Below are positions 19,176-28,674 of a stretch of 64,000 nt of DNA, in pieces. This DNA is from an uncultured delta proteobacterium. GTDB lineage: Bacteria > Desulfobacterota > Desulfobacteria > Desulfobacterales > JAFDCJ01. The DNA lies in contig CAVYNY010000016.1 of NCBI GenBank assembly GCA_963769935.1, forward strand, positions 256,001 through 320,000, read 5' to 3'. A program made the translations under genes and the position numbers. Position 1 is the first letter of the stretch. Each line of letters begins with the position of its first letter. The notes under the pieces are model-generated. The model worked only from the letters and a program-made list of their open reading frames with translations. It was not told where the DNA came from and ran no database searches.

Positions 19176-20021
19176 GTGCAAAATCCATATCTACCCTATC
19201 CGGTCCGCATCGATGATATCATCATCGAAACCGAAGATAAAAATTTAAAAACTTTCAAATTTGTCTTTCTGAATTCAGACGACGAGAATAAATTTGACTA
19301 CAAAGCCGGTCAATTTGCAGAGCTTTCCGTAACCGGCAAGGGCGAAATACCCATCGGCATCGCATCTTCTCCTACCGAAAAAGGCTTTGTCAAGTTTACC
19401 ATCAACAAGGTCGGGCTGGTATCCTCCTGTCTGCACACCATGAAAGCCGGAGATGTCATGGGAATCCGCGGTCCCCTGGGCAACTGCTACCCATGGGATA
19501 CGCTTGAGGGTAAAAACATAGTGATCATCGGCGGCGGTTTCGCCTTTACCACCCTGCGATCTTCCATCATCTTTATGCTGGATCCCGCCAATCGATCGAA
19601 ATTCAAGGATATTCATGTAATTTACGGCGCCCGGACGCCCGGCATGCTCCTATACCGCAATGAGCTGGCTGAATGGGAAAAGCGCGATGACATCAACATG
19701 CATATCACCGTGGATGGAACGGACGATCCCAATTGGAAATACAACACCGGGTTCGTACCGACCATTACCGAACAGAAAGCGCCTCCGGCAGATGAAGATA
19801 CCTATGCGATTATATGCGGACCGCCCATTATGATAAAATTTACCCAGCCGGTTTTGGATAAGCTCGGCTATTCCCATGACAAGATTATCATGTCCCTTGA
19901 AAACCGCATGAAATGCGGTATCGGCATGTGCGGCCGATGCAATATCGGGCAGGAATTTGTCTGCAAGGACGGTCCGGTTTTCACCCTCGAACAGTTGAAC
20001 AAAACACCAAAGGAATACTAA
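19176..20021 (+). CDS. flxA: FlxA-like FAD/NAD(P)-binding [2Fe-2S] subunit
   Basis: AGQF, RGPLGN, IGGGFA, YGARTP, ICGPPIM, MKCGIGMCGRCNIG..VCKDGPVF. Confidence 0.88.
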   Translation: MQNPYLPYPVRIDDIIIETEDKNLKTFKFVFLNSDDENKFDYKAGQFAELSVTGKGEIPIGIASSPTEKGFVKFTINKVGLVSSCLHTMKAGDVMGIRGPLGNCYPWDTLEGKNIVIIGGGFAFTTLRSSIIFMLDPANRSKFKDIHVIYGARTPGMLLYRNELAEWEKRDDINMHITVDGTDDPNWKYNTGFVPTITEQKAPPADEDTYAIICGPPIMIKFTQPVLDKLGYSHDKIIMSLENRMKCGIGMCGRCNIGQEFVCKDGPVFTLEQLNKTPKEY

Positions 20022-20172
20022 ATTCCTGAATTAAAGGTCATATTTTCATGTTGACATACATACTTCATTGGGCTAAATAAGACCTTTTGATAAAGGTTTA
20101 AAATATTACACAAAGGATATTCCAAGGCTGAGGCCGCAAAAAAGCAAAATAAATTAAAGGAGGTAAGATTAA

Positions 20173-20490
20173 ATGCCAACAGCAGAGTTCATGGGTAAAA
20201 CATTCACGATCGACGAAGACGGTTTTATTGATTCCTACGAAAACTGGAGTCAGGAATGGGTACAGTTCGTAAAAAAGGAAGAAGGCATTGACGAACTCAA
20301 TGACGAACACCAGAAAGTTATCGCCGTCCTGCGTGATTATTACGAGAAAAACGGCATTGCACCGATGGTACGGGTTCTCTCAAAGGTTACCGGTTTTAAA
20401 CTGAAACACATTTATGAGCTTTTCCCGTCCGGGCCCGGTAAAGGAGCCTGTAAAATGGCGGGACTCCCGAAACCAACGGGTTGTGTCTAA
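20173..20490 (+). CDS. dsrC: DsrC sulfur carrier
   Basis: DEDGF..; C-terminus LFPSGPGKGACKMAGLPKPTGCV with both conserved Cys. Confidence 0.95.
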   Translation: MPTAEFMGKTFTIDEDGFIDSYENWSQEWVQFVKKEEGIDELNDEHQKVIAVLRDYYEKNGIAPMVRVLSKVTGFKLKHIYELFPSGPGKGACKMAGLPKPTGCV

Positions 20491-20524
20491 TCGATCGACT
20501 GTGACCAAAAATTCTGTCCGGATA

Positions 20525-20559
20525 AAGGGCTCTGCTTGACAGGCAGAGCCTTTTTTTTT
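20525..20559 (+). terminator. Rho-independent terminator after dsrC
   Basis: GGCTCTGC-TTGACAG-GCAGAGCC followed by T9. Confidence 0.9.
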
Positions 20560-20578
20560 GCATTGCAGGGAGACCGCC

Positions 20579-20980
20579 ATGATTCTTTCAGTTAAAACTC
20601 GAGAAAGAACCGAATTAGTTGATGTCACATCGGATATAAACCAATTAATACAGAAATCGGGCATCGATCAGGGCCTTTGCATGCTTTATGTGCCGCACAC
20701 GACGGCAGCGGTTACCATCAATGAGAGCGCGGATCCCAGTGTCAAGTCCGACATGCTGATGATCTTAAACAAGATAATTCCATGGGAAGCAGATTATCGG
20801 CATCTGGAAGGCAATTCCGCCGCCCACATTAAATCGACCCTGGTAGGGCCATCAGAACTGGTTGCAATCGAAAATCGCAAACTGGTGTTAGGAACCTGGC
20901 AGGGAATCTTTTTCTGTGAATTTGACGGACCGCGCAACAGAAAATTGCATGTTAAGATATCTAAGCAAAACTTCCTTTAA
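20579..20980 (+). CDS. yjbQ: YjbQ/UPF0047 family protein
   Basis: PHTTAAVTINE.ADP, HLEGNSAAHIKS, LGTWQGIFFCEFDGPR. Confidence 0.9.
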   Translation: MILSVKTRERTELVDVTSDINQLIQKSGIDQGLCMLYVPHTTAAVTINESADPSVKSDMLMILNKIIPWEADYRHLEGNSAAHIKSTLVGPSELVAIENRKLVLGTWQGIFFCEFDGPRNRKLHVKISKQNFL

Positions 20981-20989
20981 GGATTCACC

Positions 20990-21451
20990 ATGCCGGATCT
21001 TCTAGACGACATCGATAAGACCATTATAAACCGAATCCAATCGAATTTCCCGATCACGTCGCGTCCGTATCTCACGCTGGCCGATGAAATGGACCTGACC
21101 GAGAAAGAGGTTTTGGATCGTGTTGGGCGGCTAAAAAAGGCCGGCATTATACGGCGTATCGGCGGAAACTTCGTACCCGCCAAACTGGGGTTTGTGAGCA
21201 CATTGTGTGCGGCCAAAGTTCCTCCCGATAAGGTTACGGATTTTGCGGCAGCCGTCAACCGCTATCCCGGAGTCACCCACAATTATCAGCGCGACAATGA
21301 ATATAATGTCTGGTTCACCTTTATTTCCCCATCGGTGGATGAAATTGAGGCGAATCTGAAAAAAATAGCCGAAGATACCGGTGTCAAAGATATCCTCAAT
21401 CTACCGGCCACGAAGGTGTTTAAGATCAAGGCGCAATTTGATGTATCATGA
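20990..21451 (+). CDS. ahbA: Siroheme decarboxylase subunit (Lrp/AsnC fold), alternative heme biosynthesis
   Basis: IQSNFPITSRPY, GIIRRIG, STLCAAKV, GVTHNYQR..YNVWFT. Confidence 0.85.
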   Translation: MPDLLDDIDKTIINRIQSNFPITSRPYLTLADEMDLTEKEVLDRVGRLKKAGIIRRIGGNFVPAKLGFVSTLCAAKVPPDKVTDFAAAVNRYPGVTHNYQRDNEYNVWFTFISPSVDEIEANLKKIAEDTGVKDILNLPATKVFKIKAQFDVS

Positions 21452-22254
21452 AAGACATTCGCATCGCGGCCGTTATTTTCAATTCGATTGTCAACCAGCC
21501 CGAAAATAACCTGGCAAGGATGGCTCACTGGATCAAACAGGCCCAAAATCATGGTGCCCGGCTGATCTGTTTTCCCGAGTTGTCCGTCACCGGCTACAGT
21601 ACCCGGCCGGAAATAAAGGCTTCCGCGGAACCGCTTCCCGGTCCCATCAGCCGGTGTCTTCAGAAAATGGCCCAGGACCATCAGCTGGTGATCCTGGCCG
21701 GTATGGCTGAAAGGGATGAAAAAGACCGCATCTTTGCCAGCCACCTGGTGGTAACACCACAAAAAATTTCAGGTGTCTATCGCAAAATTCACATTGCGCC
21801 GCCGGAGCGTTGCATTTTCTCGCCCGGCGATACGGTACCCCTATTTGAGACGGCCGGCATTAGACTGGGCATTCAACTTTGCTACGATGCCCATTTTCCG
21901 GAACTTTCTACCCGCATGGCCCTCGGCGGTGCGGACGTCATTTTCATGCCCCACGCCTCTCCACGAGGAACACCCCAGGAAAAATTCAATTCCTGGATGC
22001 GTCATCTGACAGCCAGAGCGTTTGACAACGGGGTGTTCATCGTGGCCTGCAACCAGGCCGGCAAAAATCAAAAAGGGCTTGAGTTCCCCGGGCTGGCAGT
22101 GGTTATCGGGCCGTCAGGCAATATCTTGCAAGATAAAACCACCGACCGGGAAGGCATGCTGATAGCGGACTTGAAAGCCGATGATCTGTCGGATGTCAGG
22201 GACCACAAAATGCGGTATTTCCTGCCTAACAGGCGACCGGAACTGTATGAATAG
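21448..22254 (+). CDS. Carbon-nitrogen hydrolase (nitrilase superfamily)
   Basis: FPELSVTGY, YRKIH, QLCYDAHFPE catalytic E-K-C triad. Confidence 0.9.
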   Translation: MKDIRIAAVIFNSIVNQPENNLARMAHWIKQAQNHGARLICFPELSVTGYSTRPEIKASAEPLPGPISRCLQKMAQDHQLVILAGMAERDEKDRIFASHLVVTPQKISGVYRKIHIAPPERCIFSPGDTVPLFETAGIRLGIQLCYDAHFPELSTRMALGGADVIFMPHASPRGTPQEKFNSWMRHLTARAFDNGVFIVACNQAGKNQKGLEFPGLAVVIGPSGNILQDKTTDREGMLIADLKADDLSDVRDHKMRYFLPNRRPELYE

Positions 22255-22267
22255 CATGCCCGGTCCG

Positions 22268-25200
22268 TCATGCCTCAGGGAGTTTAACCCGAAAAAGGAT
22301 GCTGTAAAGTGCCGGTACATAGTTTAGCGTAAACATGCTGCCGATGCCCAGACCGAAGAACATGATGGATGCCATGCCGTAAAAAAGCGGATCATGATTG
22401 ATGATCAGCGGCAAAAATCCCAGCATGGTGGTTGAAACCGAAAGCAGGATCGGTCTGAAACGACTGACGGCCGAGTTGATAACCGCATCATAAGGCGTCT
22501 GCCCGTCGCGCCGGTTCTCCTCAATTTTATCGATCATCACTATGCCGTTGTTTACAATGGATCCGGCCAGGGCCAGAAGTCCCAGGATGACCATAAACCC
22601 GAAATCGGCCCGCATTACCAGCAGACCGACTACGGATCCGACAACGACCAGCGGCATGGTCAGGATAATGATGGCGGCCCGCCGGATGGAGTTAAACTGC
22701 CATACCAGCAGAAATACAATGCCGCCAAAACATGGCAGCAGCCATTTCGCCAGGTTTTTCTGGGCCCTGGCGGAATCTTCCAGTTCGCCCCCGACTTCCC
22801 AATGGTGGTTTTTCGGAAATTCCATCCCGGCCAGGGTCGGCTTGAGGCCGGCGAAGATCTCGGAAGCCTTCAGCACCTGGTTTTTGGCGCTGACGGTTAT
22901 GGTGCGCTCCTGATTGTAGCGCACGATGCGGTTCAGCTCGCCGATGGTGTACACATCGGCCACCTGGTTGAGCGGCACGCTGTCGCCGGATGACGAACGG
23001 ATGCCGAGCGTGCGCAGGCTGTCGGGAGAATCCCTTTCAGCCTTGACGCCGCGCCCGACGATCGGGATCTGAACATTGCCCTGATGGTAATTGGTAGTCG
23101 TGACACCGTCGATAAAGAAATCCAGGGTATTGGCGACACCCTCCGATGTCACCCCGGCGCGGCGGGCGCGGGCCTGATCGACGTCCGCCATGGCCGTAAA
23201 CACCCGGTTGTTCCAATCCTGTTTAATATCGATGGTGCCGGGGATCTTGCGGAGCGCGGCCATCAACTGCTCGGCCTGCTCCAGCAGCACATCCGTTTCG
23301 GGGCCACTGAGCCGAATTTGCATCAGGCCGGTTTCGCTGCCGCCAAGCCACATGGACTTAACCCTGCCGCGCACATTGGGAAAATTATTCAGCACATATT
23401 GGCTCGTACGCGAAACAAGTTCAGGCACCTGCTTGTTGGTCTCGGTATTGACGATTAAAAATCCGACGAACGGGTCCGGGTCCACCGGTGCCAGGGACAG
23501 GAAAAAACGCGGTCCGCCGTTTCCCACATAGGCAATGGTTCCGGTGATTTCCGGGTTTTCCTTTTTGTCCTGCAGCCAGGCGCTGAGTTCCCGCACGGTC
23601 CGGTCGGTCTCCTCGATGCGCGTGCCGGCGGGGAGGTCGAGATAAATCAGATACTGGTTTCGGTCCCCGCTCGGAAAAAAGGCCTGGGGTATGAACGTGG
23701 CCGCATATAGTGCCACGGCAAATATGCCGCCCGTCACGGCCAGCACCAGAAACCGAAAGCGCAGGGACAATTCCAGCACCCGACGATAGAGTCGATAAAA
23801 TTTCCCCTGGTAGGGATCGCCCGCCTGTTTTTTAGCGCCGCCGGCAGCCGGTTTAACCTTTAAAAACCAGTAGCACATGCTGGTGGAGGAAAACATGGAA
23901 AAAAACCACGATGCCATGAGCAAAATAATCATCACCGAACCCAGCGAGGAGGTGTAGTCCCCCGTTGTACCGATTTGCAGCAGAATCGGTCCAAAGGCAA
24001 AAACAGTCGTCAGCGTGCTGGTGAGCAGGGGAATCGATAAGGAGCTGCCGGATTTTAAAACGGCGTCCTTGCGTGCCATGCCCGATTCCAGATTCACTTT
24101 TATGTCATCAGATACCACAATGGCGTTGTCCACGAACATACCCAAGGCAATAATCATCGTGGCCAGCGACATCCGTTCCAAATCAATCCCCAGGGCGTAC
24201 ATCATCAAAACACCGAAAAGCATGACCAGGGGGATGAATGAGCCCACAATCAAACCGGTTCTGAGCCCCAGCAGCAGCATGACCACCACCAGGACGATGA
24301 CCACACTTTCGATCACATTGACCACCATGCCGTTGACGGATTTTTTAATGAGTTCGGGCTGGTAGGTGGCAAATTGGAGCACATAGCCCCAAGGCAGGGA
24401 CTGCTCGATTTCTTTGACTTCTTTCTGCAGCCGCTCGCCGAATTCAACCGCATCGACCCCTCGAAGGATAAAGACACTTATAACAATGGCCTGATGGCCG
24501 TTGTAGTAGGCCGGGTTGTGGATCGGCTCCACGTAGCCTCTTCTGATAGCTGCGATGTCGCGCAGCGGAATCGTGGCCTGGGTGCCGGAAATCGGGATCG
24601 GGACATCTTCGATCTCCTCCAGAGACCTGAACCGGCCCTGGGTTTCCACGATGATTTCTACTTCGTTGACGTCTATTGTGCCGCCGGGCAGAAGAATGTT
24701 CTGCTGCTGCAGACTCTTCCCGATATCGGCGGGATCGATTCCCAGCTGTGCAATCTTGGCGTTTGACACCTCGAGATAGATGCGCTCATCCTGCACACCG
24801 GTGAGATCGACCTTCTGGATGCCCTTCAGCAGGTTGAGGCGCTCTCGGATTTGACGGGCGGTTTCATGCATTTCCCCCATACTGAATCCATCGCTCCACA
24901 GCGCGATGGTAGCCACCGATGTATCTCCGAAAGTATCGTTGACCATCGGCCCGATGGTGCCTTCAGGAAGTTCGGATTTGACATCATTCATCCGGTTGCG
25001 CAGCAGTTTCCACGTTGCCGGAAGCTGTTCCGAGGGCACTTCATCTTTGATGGTCACATGGATCAGGGATTCGCCGACTTTGGAGGTGGAGTCCTTGATC
25101 TTATCTATTTCGCCCATGCTCCGGATTTCTTCTTCGATGGGCCGGGTAATCAGACGTTCGACCTGCTCCACCGGCATGCCGGGATATTTGGCCGCCACCA

Positions 25201-25339
25201 CCGCTTCGCGAATCGTAATGAGGGGATCTTCCAGTTTCGGAAGCTTCAAAAATGCAAAGATGCCGCCGACAATTACCAGCAACAGGGTCATGACGACGGT
25301 TCGCGAATTATTCAGCGCAAATGCGGTGATCCCTTTCAC
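22268..25339 (-). CDS. RND efflux permease (AcrB family)
   Basis: 1023 aa; IALGMFVDNAIVV, VNNGIVMID, RFRPIL. Confidence 0.93.
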   Translation of the reverse strand: MKGITAFALNNSRTVVMTLLLVIVGGIFAFLKLPKLEDPLITIREAVVAAKYPGMPVEQVERLITRPIEEEIRSMGEIDKIKDSTSKVGESLIHVTIKDEVPSEQLPATWKLLRNRMNDVKSELPEGTIGPMVNDTFGDTSVATIALWSDGFSMGEMHETARQIRERLNLLKGIQKVDLTGVQDERIYLEVSNAKIAQLGIDPADIGKSLQQQNILLPGGTIDVNEVEIIVETQGRFRSLEEIEDVPIPISGTQATIPLRDIAAIRRGYVEPIHNPAYYNGHQAIVISVFILRGVDAVEFGERLQKEVKEIEQSLPWGYVLQFATYQPELIKKSVNGMVVNVIESVVIVLVVVMLLLGLRTGLIVGSFIPLVMLFGVLMMYALGIDLERMSLATMIIALGMFVDNAIVVSDDIKVNLESGMARKDAVLKSGSSLSIPLLTSTLTTVFAFGPILLQIGTTGDYTSSLGSVMIILLMASWFFSMFSSTSMCYWFLKVKPAAGGAKKQAGDPYQGKFYRLYRRVLELSLRFRFLVLAVTGGIFAVALYAATFIPQAFFPSGDRNQYLIYLDLPAGTRIEETDRTVRELSAWLQDKKENPEITGTIAYVGNGGPRFFLSLAPVDPDPFVGFLIVNTETNKQVPELVSRTSQYVLNNFPNVRGRVKSMWLGGSETGLMQIRLSGPETDVLLEQAEQLMAALRKIPGTIDIKQDWNNRVFTAMADVDQARARRAGVTSEGVANTLDFFIDGVTTTNYHQGNVQIPIVGRGVKAERDSPDSLRTLGIRSSSGDSVPLNQVADVYTIGELNRIVRYNQERTITVSAKNQVLKASEIFAGLKPTLAGMEFPKNHHWEVGGELEDSARAQKNLAKWLLPCFGGIVFLLVWQFNSIRRAAIIILTMPLVVVGSVVGLLVMRADFGFMVILGLLALAGSIVNNGIVMIDKIEENRRDGQTPYDAVINSAVSRFRPILLSVSTTMLGFLPLIINHDPLFYGMASIMFFGLGIGSMFTLNYVPALYSILFRVKLPEA

Positions 25340-25529
25340 TTTGAGTCCCTTCTACTCCTGTGATTTGGAATATTATGAAACCTTTCAGAGGTTCCGGGTT
25401 CAGGACAAAAAAGACATTATTCCAGGATTGAGGCAAATAAGCATGCCAGATGCAGTCCAACGGATGAAAGTTGAACCTTGAACCACTTAACCCTTTAACC
25501 CCTGAACCTTTGAACCTTGAACGCCTACA

Positions 25530-26618
25530 TCACTGTTTCATCAGTTTGACTTTCATCCCATCGGCTAAAAAACTCACCCCGGCCACCGCAATAACATCCC
25601 CGTCCGCAAGTCCCTCGGACACGATTGCTTCTTTATTCTCCATACCACGGGAGCGGACCCGAGTTTTTTTGACCGTCGATGTCTGGGGGTCATAGACAAA
25701 AGCATACCCCTGGTTCTCCTCCGTAGCCGGCAGAATTGCCTGGAGCGGGACCAGGAAACCGGCCTCCCGGTTGGCATCTTTTATAAAAAGATTTGCTTCA
25801 GCGGTCATGCCGGGTTTTACATCTTTATTCGGATCAATCAGCACCACCTTGACCGGAAAGGCGCCGGCCTTAACAGCGGCGGAACCGATAAAGGAAATAC
25901 GGCCTTTGGCGGAATCACCCGGCAGCGTGGGAAATGAGATGGTTGCCGGACCATCGATGTGTATCCGGTCGATGGTGGACTCCGGAACGGCCAACTGTAC
26001 CTCCATGGTCCCCTTGGCATTAATTTCGAACACTTTCTGTCCGACTTTCACCTCCTCGTGCGGCTGCACCGAGCGCCAGGCGATGGCGCCGTCGTAGGGG
26101 GAGAGCAGCTTCGTTTTGCGCAGATTGCGATTGGCAAGATCCAGTCTTGCTATCTGAACATTTACCGCGCTCCCGGCGGCCTTATAATTATATTCGGCGG
26201 CATCCAGATCACTTTTGGCCCCCGCACCCTGTTCGAAAACCCGCTTCTGGCGATCGAACTCCGCCTTTGTATTGGTAACGTTGGCCTTGATCTTTACAAG
26301 TTCAGCCTGGACTGCATCCACCTCCAACTGGTAGGGCTCCGGATCAAGCGCAGCGAGCACCTGCCCTTTTGTCACGTGGTCACCGATGTCGACTTCCACA
26401 GATTCCACCTGCCCGGCGACCTGAAAACTGAGCCCGGAGGAATCGACCGCGGCGACAATTCCGGAAAATTTGCGGATCTGCTCGGTAGCCTGGTCTTTGA
26501 CGGTAATCGTCTTGATGGGTCTTATGACTTCAATAATTTCAGTTTTTTCTTTGCATGCCGCCAGGGCAAGCGATATGCAGATCAGCCCGAGCATCTGCTT
26601 TAATATCTGTTTGGTCAT
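25530..26618 (-). CDS. RND membrane fusion protein (lipoprotein)
   Basis: LAAC lipobox, LSFQVAGQV..VDIGDHVTKGQVLA, SPYDG, KPGMTA; start uncertain (26618 or 26660). Confidence 0.9.
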   Translation of the reverse strand: MTKQILKQMLGLICISLALAACKEKTEIIEVIRPIKTITVKDQATEQIRKFSGIVAAVDSSGLSFQVAGQVESVEVDIGDHVTKGQVLAALDPEPYQLEVDAVQAELVKIKANVTNTKAEFDRQKRVFEQGAGAKSDLDAAEYNYKAAGSAVNVQIARLDLANRNLRKTKLLSPYDGAIAWRSVQPHEEVKVGQKVFEINAKGTMEVQLAVPESTIDRIHIDGPATISFPTLPGDSAKGRISFIGSAAVKAGAFPVKVVLIDPNKDVKPGMTAEANLFIKDANREAGFLVPLQAILPATEENQGYAFVYDPQTSTVKKTRVRSRGMENKEAIVSEGLADGDVIAVAGVSFLADGMKVKLMKQ

Positions 26619-26794
26619 ATCAAATCTCCCACGAAAAATATTGTAAGGGTCTTTTGACAATTATTTACGGGGCATAGCACCATAAGTTGCTTAAAATCAC
26701 AAATCTCATTTGAATACAACCTCTACTCTATTCCCCCCTTCTGGTCAATCATCATTTGAATCAGCCCACACGCGCAGTAAAGGCTGAATTAAGG

Positions 26795-27130
26795 CGAGAT
26801 GAGAAGGTGAGAAGGTGGGAGGGTAAGAGGGTGAGAAGCTAAGAAAATCAGAAAAGCAGAAGGTCAGACCGTCGGAAGGTCAGAAGGTGGGAGGGTGGGA
26901 AGGTGAGAAGTTGAGAAGATCAGAAAATCAGAAAACAGAAATCAGAAGAGCAGAAAGTCAGACGGTCGGAAGGTGAGAGGGTGAGAAGGTGAGAAGCTGG
27001 GAAGTTGGGAAATCCGATTCACCTCAATCAACCTAATCAACTCAATCAACCCAATAAACTCAATCAACCCAACAAACTCAATAAACTCAATAAACTCAAT
27101 AAACTCAATAAACACAACAAACACAACAAA
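26795..27130. repeat. Short-period tandem arrays (8-mer GAGAAGGT, 7-mer TCAGAAR, 9-mer CTCAATAAA)
   Basis: GTGAGAAG/GTCAGAAG runs at 26800-27010; (CTCAAT[AC]AA)n at 27022-27130. Confidence 0.85.
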
Positions 27131-27182
27131 CTTCGGCTCTCCGCAATCTGCAATCATCAATCGAAAAACTCGCAATCCGTCA

Positions 27183-28091
27183 TCATCCCCTCCTTCGAAA
27201 ATAAATCACCGAATCCGTGGAATAGATGGCCAGGGCCGTCCAGATCATGATGAATGTCCACACCTGGACCTTTGAAAAAGGCTCATGGAAGTAAAATACT
27301 GCCAGCAGGAACATGCCGGTGGGGGCAATATACTGCAGCAGACCGAGCGTCGAAAGATTTATCCGCCTGGCGCCGGCCGTGAAAAAAGTCAGCGGAACAG
27401 CGGTAAGCACCGAGGTCCCCAGGAGAAGTAAATCAATACGGACACTGCCGCGCAGAAAAGATCCACTCCCTTTGGCGCCGAGATAGATGAGATAAGCTGC
27501 TGCCGGGGTTGTCAGCAGCATGGTTTCAATACTCAGACCCACCAGCGGCCCCACCGGCGCAACTTTGCGAATCAGCCCGTATAACCCGAAGGATGAGGCC
27601 AGCGCCAGCGCTATCCAGGGAAACGATCGGTAAGAAATGGTAAGGTAGACAACCCCTACTCCCGCTAACAAAACCGCCAGAACTTGGATCGGACGCAGGC
27701 GCTCTCTGAGAAACAAGACCCCGAATACAACGTTTATCAGCGGATTGATATAATAGCCGAGACTGCCTTGCAGCACGAAATCATTGTTAATGGCCCAGAT
27801 ATACAACCACCAGTTGAGTGCCAGTATAACGGCTGATGCAGACAGCATCAGGAGGATTCTAAGATCCTTCAACGCCCGGAATAATTCATCCCAGCGTCTT
27901 CCTATAAAGATTAAGACCAGCAGAAATATAAATGCCCAGACCACCCGGTGCAAAATGATTTCCAGCGGGGGAACTGAATCGAGGGCTTTCCAGTATATCG
28001 GACCCAGGCTCCAGATAAGAAACGCCGACCCCGCATACATCACACCGGATACTGATTCTGTTCTTAATCTTTTTGAATCATGTGTTTCCAT
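27183..28091 (-). CDS. rarD: EamA-family transporter RarD
   Basis: EIILHRVVW, SLGYYINPL, SFGLYGLIRK, LGLLQYIAP. Confidence 0.92.
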   Translation of the reverse strand: METHDSKRLRTESVSGVMYAGSAFLIWSLGPIYWKALDSVPPLEIILHRVVWAFIFLLVLIFIGRRWDELFRALKDLRILLMLSASAVILALNWWLYIWAINNDFVLQGSLGYYINPLINVVFGVLFLRERLRPIQVLAVLLAGVGVVYLTISYRSFPWIALALASSFGLYGLIRKVAPVGPLVGLSIETMLLTTPAAAYLIYLGAKGSGSFLRGSVRIDLLLLGTSVLTAVPLTFFTAGARRINLSTLGLLQYIAPTGMFLLAVFYFHEPFSKVQVWTFIMIWTALAIYSTDSVIYFRRRG

Positions 28092-28329
28092 TCAGTAAAA
28101 TGCCTAATCCCGCTTACAGCGGGACTAAGATGCACTAAAATTAAGGAGGTTAATCGTTTTAGATAAGCGAAGGAGATCCCTATTTCAGGATACTTCAGAA
28201 CTAATTCAGCTGGTTTCAGTATAACCGGAAACGAATAATTCCTTGTTTTCGCAGCCGGCACCATACTCCATCCCCGGAGGGGAGTCAAATCTCTTTGACT
28301 TTGAAAGATGATTCCATTAAAGCAAGGCT

Positions 28330-28655
28330 TCAGGTGTCTGGTGTCAGGTTTCAGCCCAATTGAAAAGAAAAAGAGGAATGGATTCTTATTTTAAAGAAAA
28401 TAATTGGACAGGATCAACAGGATCGTTAAGATAATACGGCCTTCGGCCGAAAGGCCCCTCGCCGCAGGCGAAAAAATTCCTGTTAATCCTGCGTGCCAGG
28501 GCGAAGCTTCTGCGAAGACTGGTTAATCCTGTCTAAATAAAAATAAAAATCGAATCCATTCCACTTACCCTCATTGAAGTTTCACACGAGCGCCGCCGCT
28601 GGCCGCAAGCGTCCAGTCTGATCGTAGAAGAAACTTAATGTAGTTTCATATAAGC
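28330..28655. repeat. Nested composite of MITE/REP-like elements
   Basis: GGAATGGATTC...GAATCCATTCC element (28375-28562) inside a CAGGTGTC..GTCTGATC..GAAACT element whose inverted homologue is at 46624-46686. Confidence 0.65.
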
Positions 28656-28674
28656 TATAGGAGGTCAGGATATT

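Noticed and set aside
20094..20113. Rex operator upstream of dsrC (GTTTAAAATATTACACAA)
   Set aside because: Only 10 of 14 consensus positions match in AT-rich DNA; plausible but unsupported.
25430..25450. Sigma-54 promoter on the minus strand before the RND gene
   Set aside because: GG-to-GC spacing is 11, not 10.
26795..27130. Repeat arrays as a CRISPR array or as ORFs 26942-27175 and 27005-27250
   Set aside because: Units are 7-9 nt with no unique spacers and no cas genes; the ORFs are translations of the 9-mer repeat.
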